From the human T2T-CHM13v2.0 reference genome, Homo sapiens: a DNA stretch of 64,000 nucleotides. Position 1 is the stretch's first letter; every line of letters starts with the position of its first letter. The notes below the pieces were generated by a model. The model made no database searches and had not been told where the DNA came from. It was given only the letters and a program-made list of their open reading frames with translations. Both the position numbers and the translations under genes were made by a program. Positions 14,328 through 28,533 of the stretch are shown in pieces. Where the stretch lies: assembly GCF_009914755.1 (NCBI RefSeq), contig NC_060936.1; one strand, written 5' to 3'.

Positions 14328-14534
14328 ATGTAGATAATAAATGGTGTGGTTGAAATAGTTTTGTTTGAAAGTAGGATTTATCTTTTTTTTTACTTTCTAA
14401 TGTCGCATTTACTTATAAATAAGAGAACTGTTGAGGGACAGACTATAACCACTTTGCTGAAACTATGAAAAAAGCAAGACATAGATTTTGTTTATATTTA
14501 ATTCTTAAAACAATGGGTGATTCTTGCATCTTTC

Positions 14535-14850
14535 TTGCAGGTTCATTGGGTAGCAGTCTCTGAGAAGGAGGTGCAGGAAGTTCAATGGGGAGTGGTCTTG
14601 GGAAGGGAAGAAGGCAGAGCAGGATAAGACAGAGGCACCAGTTCGGTTGCAATATAGTCACAACAGGGTCCCTATGAGCACCACACAGGGAGCTCTGAAA
14701 CTAGAATAGTCCTTCAGAGTAGGCCTGAGTGGGATGAGAGCTTGGGCTTTTATACAGTTGAGAGTTGAGATCAGTCAGCTGACAATCTTCCCAGCAGCTT
14801 GGAAAATCAGTCATTTGGTCTTAAAAGGGGTATTTGGGAAGTGCCACCCA
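14535..14850 (-). mobile_element. LTR33-like ERVL LTR fragment
   Basis: tgcaggaagttcaatggggagtggtcttggg...gggagctctgaaactagaatagtccttcagagt resembles antisense LTR33. Confidence 0.6.
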
Positions 14851-15187
14851 GTATTCATGACATGTTCTATAATATGTAACTCATAAAAAGGAGAGAAGTG
14901 ACATTTAATGTAGGAATATAGATTTATTTTTAGTGTTCTCTTTTTGAAGCAGTTATAAAATAAATAGAAATTTAATTTTTGGTATTTTCCTTTCAAATGT
15001 TAACAATTCTTTTTGCAACTTCTGGGTTAGGTTGACATCGTACTTTGGTCTGGACTGTAAGACCGTTAGTGAAAATCTGTCAATAAATCTCACCCCATGC
15101 AGTGTAAAAGTACCTTTTCTCTCTTCATTCAAATGAGAATCGTTTAGATGTCCTGTCATTCTAGATGGGTTTTGAAGACAAAAGTAG

Positions 15188-15559
<372 letters not shown>

Positions 15560-15911
15560 CCAAGGGATATTTTCTTATGAATACTTTTAAAGAAGACATT
15601 GATTTGTCTCAGTTCACTTAGATGTCATGTTATATATATTCTAAAAGTATTTTAAAAATTCATCTGACTTTTTTTTTTCTAAAGAGGAAATCTCGGCAGA
15701 AAAACAGTACTTATTTTTGTTACTTTCTTATTGATTCCTAATGATTTCCCCAGAGGTGGTCATGCATGTGGAGGGCCATCCTCCTCCACACCCACTAGCT
15801 TCTTACTTTACTGACAGATATGATACAATCATCTTTGATGTGTCTCAATTCTATTCCTCCACATTTCAGGATTTATCTACTTTTAAAATAATGGCCCTTC
15901 CTTTTCCCTTA

Positions 15912-16027
15912 CCATTTGACGAGTATTTGTTGAGTGCATACCATGTGTTAGGTATTCTTCAAGGTGCATGGAATATGCCAGTGAACAAAACACACAGAAG
16001 TACCTGTCCTCATTGAGCTTACAGTCT
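15912..16027 (-). mobile_element. L2 3' end
   Basis: gagtatttgttgagtgcataccatgtg...gtgaacaaaacac...cctcattgagcttacagtct. Confidence 0.7.
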
Positions 16028-16070
16028 TAACTTTTCCAGATTCTGTTTCTGTTCTTAAGGCATCTTCTAA

Positions 16071-16407
<337 letters not shown>

Positions 16408-16745
16408 AGAAATACCTCCTGAATTTTTAAGCTTTCTAACTGCTTTCTAGAAAACACTCATATCCTCTTATTTTATATAATTTTCTCCTTATCAGGCTAC
16501 CCTAAAACTACCATACTCATATTTTTTTCCTCTATTGTTTTAAAGTAGTCTGCACTTACTCTCAGCTTCCTTAGTTCTCTATTATTCCTTAACCTCTTGT
16601 GATCCAATGTCTTTCATTAGAAGTTTGCAAAACTGTCCCGTGGAAAATATACTTTAAAAAAATCCATTTTTTTTGCCTCCACTGCTACACTGTCAATATC
16701 TCTCTCTTGGACCATTGCAATAGCCTTTTTCCAAACTGGCCTCTT

Positions 16746-17356
16746 TGTCAATAATTAGTCATCAAATCTACCTTATAAGCTGTTGTCAAAATACTCCTGG
16801 TATCAGGAGGTCAAGACTACCCCTAGTTTTAATGACTCATGAGGAGAATTCACAGGCCTCAGCATATATTAGGACTCATGGCTGGGATTTATTATGGAGA
16901 AAGAATCCAAAAGAAAGTCAACTAAGGGAAAAGGTGCGTGGGGCAAAATCCTGGGGAAATTAGGCACAAACTTCCAGAATTGTTTCCCAGTGAAGGCACA
17001 CAAGACACACTTAATTCCCTCAGCAAGGGATTGTGACAACACATAGGAAATGTTGCCAACCAGGAAAACTTGTTAGAGACTCATTGGCCAGGGTTCTTAT
17101 TGGGTGCTGGTCTTGTGGGCACCCTCTGCTTGGCATGTTACCAAATTCCAGGCTCCCAGAAGGAAAGCAGGTGTTCAGGGTAAGCCATATCGTTTATATA
17201 AACATTTTAGGCATAATGAACCAGGCTTTTAAATTATGGAATGATAGGAACCTTCCCCAAATCCAAGTTCCCAGATGCCAGCCAAGGGCCAACTTTGCAA
17301 GCAGGCTTTTCTAAGGACAGCAATTTAGGCCTGCTATGTTAACTATTTTCTGTACA
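16746..17356 (-). mobile_element. Complete MER68/MER21-family ERVL solo LTR
   Basis: Minus strand starts TGTACAGAAAATAGTTAACATAGCAGGCCT...; TG/CA ends; perfect TSD ctctt at 16741-16745 and 17357-17361. Confidence 0.85.
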
Positions 17357-17409
17357 CTCTTCCTAAAGTGTAGCTCTAATCTAACTTCCTTCTTTCCTTC
17401 TGGAAATTC

Positions 17410-18100
17410 CAGAGATATTTATTGGAAATCTGCAATGCATCAGCCACTATTTTAGATACTGGGGCTACAGTGATAAACAAAATAGATAAAATCCTGTCAT
17501 GTTTTGATCTATAAGAGAAGATAGACTATAAAGAGATAAATGAAAAATGAATAGTAAATGTCAGATGGTAGTCAAGATTATGAAATAAAGCAGTTTAAGG
17601 GGAAAAGAACAAGGGATGGGGTAGGCACTATTTTAGATAAGGTCATCAGGGAGGCTTGTCTGAAAAGGTGAGATTTTATCATAGACTTAAGGGAATGTCT
17701 AGGCAGAAGGAATAGCAAGTGAAAAGCCCAGAGGTGAAATGAGCTGGATATGATGTTCCAGAAACAGCAAGAAGGACAGCGTAGCTGGAGTGCAGTGTGG
17801 AAGGTAGAGCGTGGAAGGAGATGAATTTGGTAAAATAGGCAACAAACAGATTATGTTGGCTCTTTTAGGAGGCCACGATAAGGAGTTTGGATTTTATTCT
17901 AAGTATAATGTAAAATTCTCAAAGCATTTTGAACAGGAAGGGACATGACCTAATTTATATTTTTAATTGATTATATTAGTTGCTGTGTCAAAAACGAACT
18001 GTAAGAGAACAAGAATGGAAGCACAGAGACAAATCAAATGCTTTTCTAGAAGTCTTAAGACATCATGGAGGCTTGGACTAGGGTGAGAGCAGTGAAGAGG
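17410..18100 (-). mobile_element. L2 fragment
   Basis: ggggctacagtgataaacaaaatagat, ctaggcagaaggaatagcaagtg, aaggagtttggattttattctaag. Confidence 0.75.
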
Positions 18101-18474
18101 CGAGGATATTATGACACTTTAGTGCTTAAAAACTTAAATCACTCAGTTGGCTACAGTATGTAGTTCAGATACCTTCAAGGCATTTTTTGAAACCAAGTTT
18201 CAGTCTTGCACTTATTCCCACTAAAAATTTCTCAAAATTCTGCCTTTTTCAGTGCATATTTAAATCAACCTAAATCTCTGTCCATTACTTAGATATTCTA
18301 GACTTTCTTACCTCCATGATTCATTATATACTCAATTCTCTTTGTGAAAAATCACAATCTCCTTTAGCCATTTTTTCCATCCAAATGTTACCTGTTCTTC
18401 AAAACCACCTTTTCATGAACCTTTCCCTATTCTCTACTTTGAAATTAATTTTTCTTCTGTTATCCCATATATTT

Positions 18475-18961
18475 CACTTATCTATTACTGCCTAAAACCC
18501 TAACCCAGACTTACTGGTTTAGAATATCAATTTTACCTTGCTTGTGATTTTGTGGGTTAGAAATACATGAAGGACTCGGGTGCGTGACTCATCAGCTGAA
18601 GTAGCTGGGACTAGAGGATCAATTTTCAAGAAGGCTTATTCACTCACAAGTTTGGCACCTCAGTGCTTCTTGGCCTTTCTCCACCTCTGCATGGTACCTC
18701 ATCCTTCTGAGCTTTGGCTTTTCTCAGCATGACAACTTCTTAAAGCCATCAGGAGACCAAGATGGAAGCTGCCATTCCTCTTAAAGGCTAGGTCTGGAAC
18801 TGACATACCAATACTTCCATGGTACTGTATTGGTCACTGAAATCACAGGCCAGCTCAGATTCAAGAGTGGAAAGAAAGTCTCTGCTCATTGCCAAGAGCA
18901 TGGCATGGACATACAGGGAGAGAAGAAATTAATGGCAGCCACCTTGGGGACAGCTACCAAA
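18475..18961 (-). mobile_element. MLT1 (MaLR) LTR
   Basis: cacaggccagctcagattcaag, gcagccaccttggggacagctacca. Confidence 0.7.
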
Positions 18962-19115
18962 GCATACTCCCTTACTCACATTTCCATTTTCAAGGTGTTC
19001 GTTGGTATTAAATGTATTTTCACAGATGTCTCATCTTCCTTATTAAATTGTAAATTCTTTGAGGGAGAGAATGGTGGCTGGTTCATTTTTGCATCCCTAG
19101 TGTCACATTACAGAT

Positions 19116-19572
19116 TTTCTTTTTCTTTCTTTTTTTTAAAATTTAACTTTTAAGTTTGGGGGTACATATGCAGGATGTGCATGTTTGTTACATAGGTAAA
19201 CATGTGTCATGGGGGTTGGTTGTACAGATTATTTCATCACCCAGGTATTAAGCCTGGAACGTACTAGTTATAGTTCCTCCTTCTCTCCCTCCCACCCTCC
19301 ACCCTCCAATAGGCCCCAGTGTATACTGCTACCCTCTGTGTAAGTCTGTGTGTTCTCATCATTTAGCTCCCACCTAGAATTCGTGGTATTTGGTTTTCTG
19401 TTCCTGCATTAGTTTGCTAAGGATAATGGCCCCCAGCTCTATTCATGTCCCTGCAAAGGACTTGATCTCATTCTTTTTGTGGCTGCATAGTATTCCATGG
19501 TGTGTATGTACATTTTCTTTATCCCGTCTGTCATTGATGGACATTCTGGTTGATTCCACATCTTTGCTGTTG
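19116..19572 (-). mobile_element. L1PA13-16-type 3' fragment
   Basis: ggtacatatgcaggatgtgc...atttcatcacccaggtattaagcc...gctaaggataatggcc. Confidence 0.85.
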
Positions 19573-19732
19573 ACATCACAGATTTTCAATGCCCTTTTTT
19601 TTAAATAGAATTTATGTGGCAATATTCTTAGAAAATATATACAGAAATAAAAACTAACTCAGTTGAACACATAATTATTGCATATGTACTAAGTTCAATG
19701 GGTTTATTAATTGTGAGGATTGAACATTTTGC

Positions 19733-20216
19733 TTTTTTTAACTTTTATTTTAAGTTCAGGGCTATAAGTGCAGATTTGTTACATAAGTAAACTTGTGTCA
19801 TGGGGGTTTGTTGTGCAGATTATTTCATCACCCATTATTAAGCCTAGTATCCATTAGTTATTTTTCCTGATTCTCTTCCTCCTCCCACTCTCCACTCTCC
19901 AAAAGACCTTAGTGTGGTGGGCTGTTCCTTTTTATGTGTCGATGTGTTCTCATCCTTTAGCTCCTGCTTGTCAATAACAACATGAGGTGTTTGGTTTTGT
20001 GTTCCTGTGTAAGTTTGCTAAGGATAATGGCCTTCATCTCTATCCATGTCTTTGCAAAGGACATGATCTTGTTCTTTTTTATGGCTGCATAGTGTTCTGT
20101 GGTGTATATGTGCCACATTTTCTTTATCCAGTCTATCACTGACGCGCATTTAGGTTGATTCTGTGGCTTTGCTATTGTGAATAGTGCTGCAATGAACATA
20201 TGCGTGCATGTGTCTT
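19733..20216 (-). mobile_element. L1PA15/16-type 3' fragment
   Basis: Antisense 3'UTR plus ORF2 C-terminal remnant (track ORF 19957-20199 MFIAALFTIAK...WIKKMWHIYT). Confidence 0.88.
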
Positions 20217-20505
20217 GTTATATTTGAATAGTTTTACAGTTTATAAATGAATTAAAGCCATTATACATTTACTGGGCAAAGTTCTGTGATGGGTGCTGTG
20301 GGGAATACAAAGGTGAATGACACCATCTTCAATACAACATTATTTAATTCACATATCAAAACAACTGTCTGAAGTGGTGGAGAAAATTTGCCAGTCTCAT
20401 GTTATACATGAGAAATGGTCAAGGAAACTTTTATCAGATCTGGTGCTATAATTTAGTCTCTTTGTTTCCAGGGCAGTGATATTCCGTACACCATGCTAAA
20501 GGTCC

Positions 20506-20528
20506 ATGCTAATGCTAATGCTAATGCT
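20506..20528. repeat. (ATGCTA)n short tandem repeat
   Basis: atgctaatgctaatgctaatgct. Confidence 0.85.
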
Positions 20529-20659
20529 TAGTTTATGTTAAGGCCCTTCATAATATGTCCTTAAACTTACCCTTCCTTTTATGTCTCAATAGTCTTCAAG
20601 TACTGAATATTGTTATTCTCATAATTTTGCTGATGAAGGCTGTAAGACTCAGCAAATCT

Positions 20660-20871
20660 GCAATTTCATTTTCTCCTGCCTGCTTTATTCTAGCCACACT
20701 GGCAGCTGGTTAGATGGGATGGTGCCCATTCAGATTGAGGGTGGGTCTGCCTTTCCCAGTCCTCTGACTCAAATGTCAGTCTCCTTTGGCAGCACCCTTA
20801 AAGACACACCCAAGAACAATACTTTGCATCCTTCAATCCAACCAAGTTGACACATAGTATTGACCATCACA
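20660..20871 (-). mobile_element. MLT2A-like (HERV-L) LTR fragment
   Basis: cagattgagggtgggtctgcc...aagaacaatactttgcatccttcaatcc...ccatcaca. Confidence 0.8.
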
Positions 20872-21379
20872 ATATTTAATAATAAAATACTAACATTAAT
20901 TGAGCTCCTACCTTGCAGCAATAGTGTATGAGGTACTGGAGATATAAAGGTTCGTGGGAAATATTCCTTACCCTCAGGAGGTTCTCAGACTATCAGTGGA
21001 GACAGTGTCTTCTAGATTGTGCCTTCTCCTTCCCAATCTCCCTGTTTCCATCTCTTATTAAAATCTTAGTCATTTTTCAGAGCTCAGCAAAAATATCACC
21101 TCTTCTATAAAGTCATTTGTGTTTCCTCTAGTCATCTGATCACTTTTATATGGCAGTTACATTGTTCATAGTTTGTTGTTATATGGTTGTCCTCAACTTG
21201 CTTTGTCTCCTACTCTGCTGACATTTGGGAAGACGCAACATTTGAGTTCAGTCTATAGCACCTTGTACAGGGTAGGCAACCCCATGTTTTTGAACATTGG
21301 ATTCATTGTAACAGTCACTTCTAGGTTGCCTGAAATAAACACATTTTTTTTTTGTGGTCCATACTTCCTATACATGCTT

Positions 21380-21860
21380 TTGACATTTTTTCTCAGGCCA
21401 TGGCCTTTGCTGGAGGCTTTGTTGGCCATGGTTATAGCATGTGACTCCTCCCTCACTACGGTTGACTGGATAGGAATGTGCACATAATCCAAGGCTGGTG
21501 AACTCAATTGCTGACCCACAGCTTATCATTTTATCATATTTTCTAATCAGTTTGCATTAATATGAGGAGGTTTCAGTTTATGGTGGGTGTTTGCCCTATA
21601 ATTTAATATATTTTTGTGTCAGGCAACCGTATTGGTCTGTGTGCAAGAAGAGGAAGCTGCTCAAGAGAACAAATAGAGAAGATGAGATTCATCATATAAA
21701 CTTCGAGAGAATGACTAGACCTAGTTGCCTGAGTCAAGTGCCTATAAGACAACTTTTTCTTTCTCTGTGAGATTGCCTCTCTGATTATTAAGTAAATTCT
21801 CCCTCACTTGAACTATATTGAGTGTTCTTTTGCAACCCCAAAGGCTTTGAATAAAACATT
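21380..21860 (+). mobile_element. Highly decayed LTR16-like fragments
   Basis: gactggataggaatgtgcacataatccaaggctgg and taaattctccctc...gagtgttcttttgcaacc. Confidence 0.35.
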
Positions 21861-22029
21861 GCCACATTCAGTCTTCTCAGTCTACATTTTCCTCAGTCTC
21901 TCACCATATTCTTAAACTTCTGCCGAGAGCTGCTTTCTTGAAATGTTTCCTTGGACTTTTGTGGTACTGAATTATTTCAATTCTTTTCTTACCTATCAGT
22001 TCCATCTATACTTTCCTTTTGTAACCATT

Positions 22030-22329
22030 CTTTTTTTTTTTTTTTTGAGACAGAGTCTCACATTGTCACCTGGGCTGGGGTACAATGACATGATCTTGGC
22101 TCACTGCAACTTCCGCCTCCTGGGTTCAAGTGATTCTCCTGCCTCAGTCTCCTGAGTAGCTGGGACTACAGGCATGCACCACCATGGCCCAGCTAATTTT
22201 TGTATTTTTAGTAGAGATGGGGTTTCACCATGTTGGCCAGGATGGTGTCTCCATCTCTTGAACTCGTGATCCGCCCGCCTCAGCCTCCCAAAGTGTTGGA
22301 ATTATAGGCGTGAGCCACCGCGCCTGGAC
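22030..22329 (-). mobile_element. AluS (Sc-like)
   Basis: ggccaggatggtgtctccatctcttgaactcgtgatcc. Confidence 0.92.
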
Positions 22330-22627
22330 TTTTCTTTTTTTAGAGACAGAGTCTTGCTCTGTTTCCCAGGCTGGAGTGCAGTGGCATGTTATTGGCTCAC
22401 TGTTGCCTCTGCCTCCTGGGTTCAAGTCATTCTCCTGCCTCAGCCTCCTGGGTAGCTGGACCACAGGCGCGTGCCACCATGCCCAGCTAATTTTTGTATT
22501 TTTTTTGCAGAGGTGAGGTGTCACCATGTTGGCCAGGCTGGTCTCAAACTCCTGACCTCAAGTGATCCACTCCAGCTTTGGCCTTCCAAAATGCTGGGAT
22601 TACAAGCATGAGCCATTGTGCCTGGCC
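22330..22627 (-). mobile_element. AluS, tandem with the previous Alu
   Basis: Antisense dimeric Alu. Confidence 0.92.
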
Positions 22628-22725
22628 TTTGCCTTCATTTTCTTTGTCCATGCTTTTTCTCTCATGACCCTTGTCTAATTCCCATGGCGTCGGCTGTCAA
22701 GGCTATGAATGTGACTAATATACTG

Positions 22726-22750
22726 CACACACATGCACATGCGCACACAC

Positions 22751-22781
<31 letters not shown>
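22726..22781. repeat. Interrupted (CA)n microsatellite
   Basis: Direct reading. Confidence 0.95.
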
Positions 22782-22782
<1 letters not shown>

Positions 22783-23063
22783 CGATTTCCTTCAGTTTTA
22801 GCTTCTCTCCTAATTTCTGCTCTTTACTTATTGGCATCTGAAACTTAACAGCTCAAAACAGAATTCCTCATCTTTCCCTCCAGATGAGTTTGTAGATTTG
22901 GGATGATGTTTGAAGTACTTCTTCACTCTTAATCCTATGAATCTGAGTTCTTGTGACTTTATTTCCTGTTAATGGTGTAATTTTTCTCTTAGTAATCTAG
23001 CTAGACATATGAATGCCCTTTTAGGTATTTTAGTGTCAAGCTGGACTTTCAGGATATATTGTG

Positions 23064-23095
23064 ATTAATATATATTATTAATAATATATATTAAT
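23064..23095. repeat. Perfect 32-bp AT palindrome
   Basis: attaatatatattatt|aataatatatattaat. Confidence 0.95.
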
Positions 23096-24399
23096 TAATA
23101 ATGTATTAATAATTAATAATACACTTCAGGACATATTGTGATTAATAATGATTAATAGACCCTTTCTATTAAGAATAGGTTAATAATAGACCCTACTTGA
23201 ACCTCACATTTCTAGATCTATTCTAGATCTGGCTGTGGGATGGGAGGCTGTTTTCATCTCATCTGTAATCCACTTTAGATATCTAGGATACAGGAAAAAA
23301 GTGCCTTCAGTGTTCCAGGAGTGAGTTAATCTCATTGACCTATTATAGTGTCCCCTGCACAGTTTTCCATGGCTGAGAGCAGCATGTGATGTCGGTGTTA
23401 AATAACTTACTTCACAATGTCCAACACAGTAGTTAGTTGTACTGTAATAGGGTGCTTCTCTTACATGATACTTTCTTGAAATTCAACTCCTGAACTGATT
23501 CATTAGCATTTGCAACAGAACCGGAGAGTCTAAGAAGATCTACCGAAAGTAGGATTGGCTCTGAGACAAAAGTGGCCCCATAAGTTGTTGAAAAAGTAAC
23601 CGATCTGACAGACTTGAGAACTTCCAGATTCTTACTTCAGCCAAGAAAGACAGCAGTCATTTTCTAGTTGGGATGGAGCAGCTGTCCGTCAGTGGATTTC
23701 TGTCGAATATATGTTATAGGCAGATAACCAAGTGTTAAGGCAAGATCAGAAAGATCTTGAGAATGCAGCCCCTGCCCTTGCACAAGAACCTTTCATACTG
23801 CTGAGAATTCAATACAAGTCCTAATCTAACCACATGAAAGTAGCTGTTTTCTGTAGATTCATATTGCTTGAAGTCTGATCCTAAATATGTTTAATTACAA
23901 AACCCAAAATATTTTTCTTAGCTGCAATTGAAAGCAGCCTATTAGCAATGAACTTTGTAAGGTAGTGAAAGTTGGATTATCTAGGGCTCCTTTTACTGAA
24001 AATCTTTACTGATGAGTACTGTTTATAAACCACAGTGACAATTTATGTTGATAATTTGTAAAAGATTCTGAACTTTCTTCATCGTTAAAAATATAAACTT
24101 ATTTTTAGTATGTGGTTGGGGGTTTTATTGTATGTACAATGTAAAACATTGGTAGTTCATATATTCATTTTTAAGTGGCAATAATAACCAGCCTCCTATC
24201 ATGATCATTCTGAAGAAACAGTAGTTTGCCATATTGTGAATTCTGCATATTGGAGTCCTGGGGAGTTGTGCTTTGTTTCCTCAGTAAGCCACTTCAATTA
24301 ACCGAAGATCTTTGAAATTCATTTCAGGTGTGTTTCCCTAAATTTTTATTTTTTTTCAAATGAGAATGTACACAAGTTACTAACTTTTAGCAATTATAA

Positions 24400-24700
24400 A
24401 AAAGACTACTATTTATTGAGCACCTGCCCAATACCCACCACAGTGCAAAGTACTTTACATACATTCTCTTTAATTGTCCTCTTTTGAACTGGCAGGATCT
24501 TTAGTCCTAAGTAGTGTATTAGAAAGAAAATGAGCTTTGGAAGCAGACAGAGCTGGATTTGCCACTACCTAGATATGTGACCTTGTGCAAACTGCTTTTC
24601 TTCTCTCTGAAGAGGTTTATAATAAAGATTTATATATATTCATTTTATTCTCATGTGTATTACTATGAAGTGGGACAAAATTGGTAAGCATTCAGTGAGT
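24400..24700. mobile_element. Two MIR fragments (minus then plus)
   Basis: atttattgagcacctg...agtactttacatac; gctttggaagcagacagagctgg...tgtgaccttgtgcaa. Confidence 0.6.
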
Positions 24701-25156
24701 GTTCACACCATCCATGATCATTTCCTGCTAATGGTTTATAATTGAAGGTGGTTTATAATCGAAGGTAAGTTTTAAAGTTTGGAGCCCACTCACAACTCAT
24801 TTCTCAGCTTATTCTCAAATCTGATCCTCCAAACTACAGTAAAAATCTACTGGTGGGATTAGACCGCTGGAGTTTGCTGCAGCATATTGTATTTAAATAG
24901 GGTCCTTGCATATAGGGTTTTTTGGTTTATTTGCTTGCTAACTTTTGCCTTAACATCTGCTTTAGAGATCTGCTGGGACAGTGTTCTGAGGATGGGGGCA
25001 GTCATTACCCAGAGGTAGTTTAGGAAGTTACAGCAGCGACCACTGCTTTTTGGAAAATTACCCATTAATTTATTAAGGAATTAAAAAGAAATCAATTAGA
25101 TTTTTCTTTATTATGCTTGAAGAAACTCTCATGCCCTTAAATTATCTTACATTCTC

Positions 25157-25456
<300 letters not shown>

Positions 25457-25599
25457 TTACATTCTCTTCAATTCTTTCTTTTTGGGGGAGGGGTTATTTA
25501 AAGAGCAATGCATGTTAAGTATAGAACATTTGGAAACTACAGAACAGAGAGAGAGAGAGGAAGGAAGAAAAGAAAAGAAGAGGAAGAACAATGAAAAAG

Positions 25600-25975
25600 G
25601 AAAAGAAAATTAAAATCACCTACTATTCGAAGACTCTTGACTAACCAGAGCACAATTTATTTTCTGGATTTCCCTGATTTCATTAAGTATTATAGCCCAT
25701 CATATAGATAGATGTACTGTGATTTATTGAATCAACCTTCATTGCTTACTTAGGTTGTTTCTATTTTTCTTTTGATATAAATGAAACATTTTTGTATATA
25801 AATCTTTGAATAAATGTCTAATTTTTTTGGAAAGACTCCTAGAAAGAGAATTATTGGGTCAAAATGAGTCGACTTTTAAGAAAGCTCTGGAAACAAATTG
25901 TGCAAAGGCTTTCTGAAAAGAATGAAACAAGTTATGTTTCTGCTAGTAGCATATGAGAGTTATTTTTCTCCAGAT
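25600..25975 (-). mobile_element. Old L1ME fragments
   Basis: ttaggttgtttctattttt, cctagaaagagaattattgggtcaaa. Confidence 0.5.
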
Positions 25976-26011
25976 GCTTTCTTTTTCAACAATAGATCAT
26001 TCATTTGCCCC

Positions 26012-26330
26012 GTTTTTTGTTTGTTTGTTTTTGTTTTTTTTTGTTTTTGAGACGGAGTCTTGCTCTGTTGCCCAGGCTGGAGTGCAGTAGCGTAATCTCG
26101 GCTCACTGCAACCTCCGCCTCCTGGGTTCAAGCCATTCTTCTGCCTCAGCCTCCTGAGTAGCTGGGATTATAGGCATGTGCCACCAAGCCCAGCTAATTT
26201 TTGTGTTTTTAGTAAGAGACGGGGTTTCACTATGTTGTCCAGGCTGGTCTTGAACTCCTGACCTCAAGTGATCCACCATCTCAGCCTCCCAAATTGCTGG
26301 GATTACAGGCGTGAGCCATCACACCTGGCT
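26012..26330 (-). mobile_element. AluSx-like
   Basis: Antisense dimeric Alu with (TTTG)n tail. Confidence 0.94.
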
Positions 26331-28533
26331 GGTGCTGTTTAACTTATTTACATGTGTCATTTTCCTCAACAAGAAAATTATAAAGTGAAACTGCTAGTGT
26401 ACACAATAGAGCAGAGCATCACAGCGCTACTAACCAACTTTTTAGGATTACGAAGAATAGATGAAGCACCTGAAGGCATTTTTAAGGTCTCTATTTCAAA
26501 AAGAAAGGAAGTAAAATATATGTATTCCATGAAATTATGAATCTGTTTGCCTAATGTTTTTTTCAAGAGCCTGGGAGAGAATGGGATTTAGTATTCAGTA
26601 AATATTGTACCATTTCTTATAACAATATACAAAATTTACATTTTGTGGTCTATTCTGTGGTGATAATGGTGGCATATTACATAGAGAAAATGATAATGTT
26701 AACATTTTATGGATTTGGGAAGACATTTGCTTACTCAACCTACATAAATTTTATAGGTTTATAAATCTGTGAAAATATGCTGTTTGATCAATTGTGCATT
26801 CTGTTAGTGAATTTACAACTGGTTGTCTTATATTGCAAAGCAGAGTCACACCTGACGGTGTTAACTGGAACAGAAGTGATCTAGGGAACCTGGAAGTTGG
26901 AACTAGACATGTCCTTGAGTGAGGGAGGCTGGAGATGGGTTGGGACCAAGGCATAACTATAGACACTGGGGGAAAGATTATTTCAGGAAGATACTTTATG
27001 GTATCCAGAGAGCTGACATAATGGTTTTATCAGAACAAAGGCCCAGGCACAGAAGGAAATGAGCAAGGGACCCAGTTACCACATCTAGAGGATCAGCTGG
27101 GACTTGATTTCAGGAAAACAAGACAGAAGCCTGTTGTTAGAACTTTGCCAAAGAGTCAGTTTTCAGAATTGAACTAATAGCAAGGTTGACTTGATATCTA
27201 GTGCTCTACATTGAGCTAAAGTTCCCTTCTCGTGAGGATGCTGTTGGTCCAAAGCCTGAGATAAGATTGAACATCCAGGAAAGCTTAAGTGGCTTCCACT
27301 GTGGGGAGACAAGGGATAGGGGTAGGAGGGTATTGGAACCAGACAGACCATGGTAGTATCACCCAAAGGTGACTATTAATGTTTTAGAAGTAAGAGGGAT
27401 ACATGATGACCCAGAGGAGCCAGTCCTAGATTCAGTGCTATTTAACACTTCCATTTAATGGATAGATTAGAGAACAAGCCATTAGTTACTCAAATGGCAT
27501 CAAGTAAAAATAGTTACTTGCATATTAGTAAATAAGATTTCAGCATAATCTTAAAAAACTGGATAACTGATTAAAACCCAAGAGTAGCTTAACAAGGACA
27601 AAAGCACAACAGTACCTAAATAGAAAAAAAAAATGCTGCAAGTAAATTATTTTTCCTAAAATTATAGATCAAAAAATGGAAGACCTTTATTTTCTGGTTG
27701 ACCTTTTCTGGAAAACTCATGAGGTATTGATGGAATTTTTAAACTGTGACATTAGTAACTTTACTCTTCCCAGTTTTAAAGTTTTCTGAAATTTACTTGA
27801 TTTTCTAGAGTCCAGTTATGCTTAGAAAAAGAATAAAATATTATCAGACCTCTCTTGGTGCTACTTGATATATACTTTTCAGAAGAAGTATTGTATATAT
27901 TTTTTGGGTACAAGTCAAGAAAAGTGGATACCATGAAATTATGAAAAGTATAATCTGATTTTTCTAGTGTGCTGGATGGGAAAAGGTCACTAAGCACTAC
28001 TATTCACTGCTTCTGCTGGTGTTTTAATAAAAACTTTTCTAAGAAATCGAGTGTTGAGGATATAAAATCAATTGAGTCCAAGAGGGACTTATTGAATATA
28101 GAATAAAGAAAAATACAGATTAAGGGACATTAGAATGAGTCATCTCACATAAAAAATGGGATATCAGTACAGCAGAAAATTTTGTTAGAATGATTTTTAT
28201 GTGTTGCATTAATAATTTACATTCAATTTCATTTAAAACTGGTTAGAATATTTGAAAAATATCTACTGAAGTTGGCAGCTTTCTTTTTAGATAAAGATAA
28301 AATGAAGAGGCAGGTGATAAAGGAGCATTTATAGCCTAAGATGTGGGTTTAGGGGAACTCTGACATTAAAGAAAATGTTAAAATGTTTGATATGTCTGCA
28401 CTTTACAGAAGAGTTTCTGCTAGTGAGCTCTTTCTCTTGGAGATTATTCAACCCAAGGAACACTTGATCTTGCAGTGCAGCTCAGCCTGGGCCATTTATA
28501 TGCCTACCCATGGTTATCTGGTTATCTGACCTC

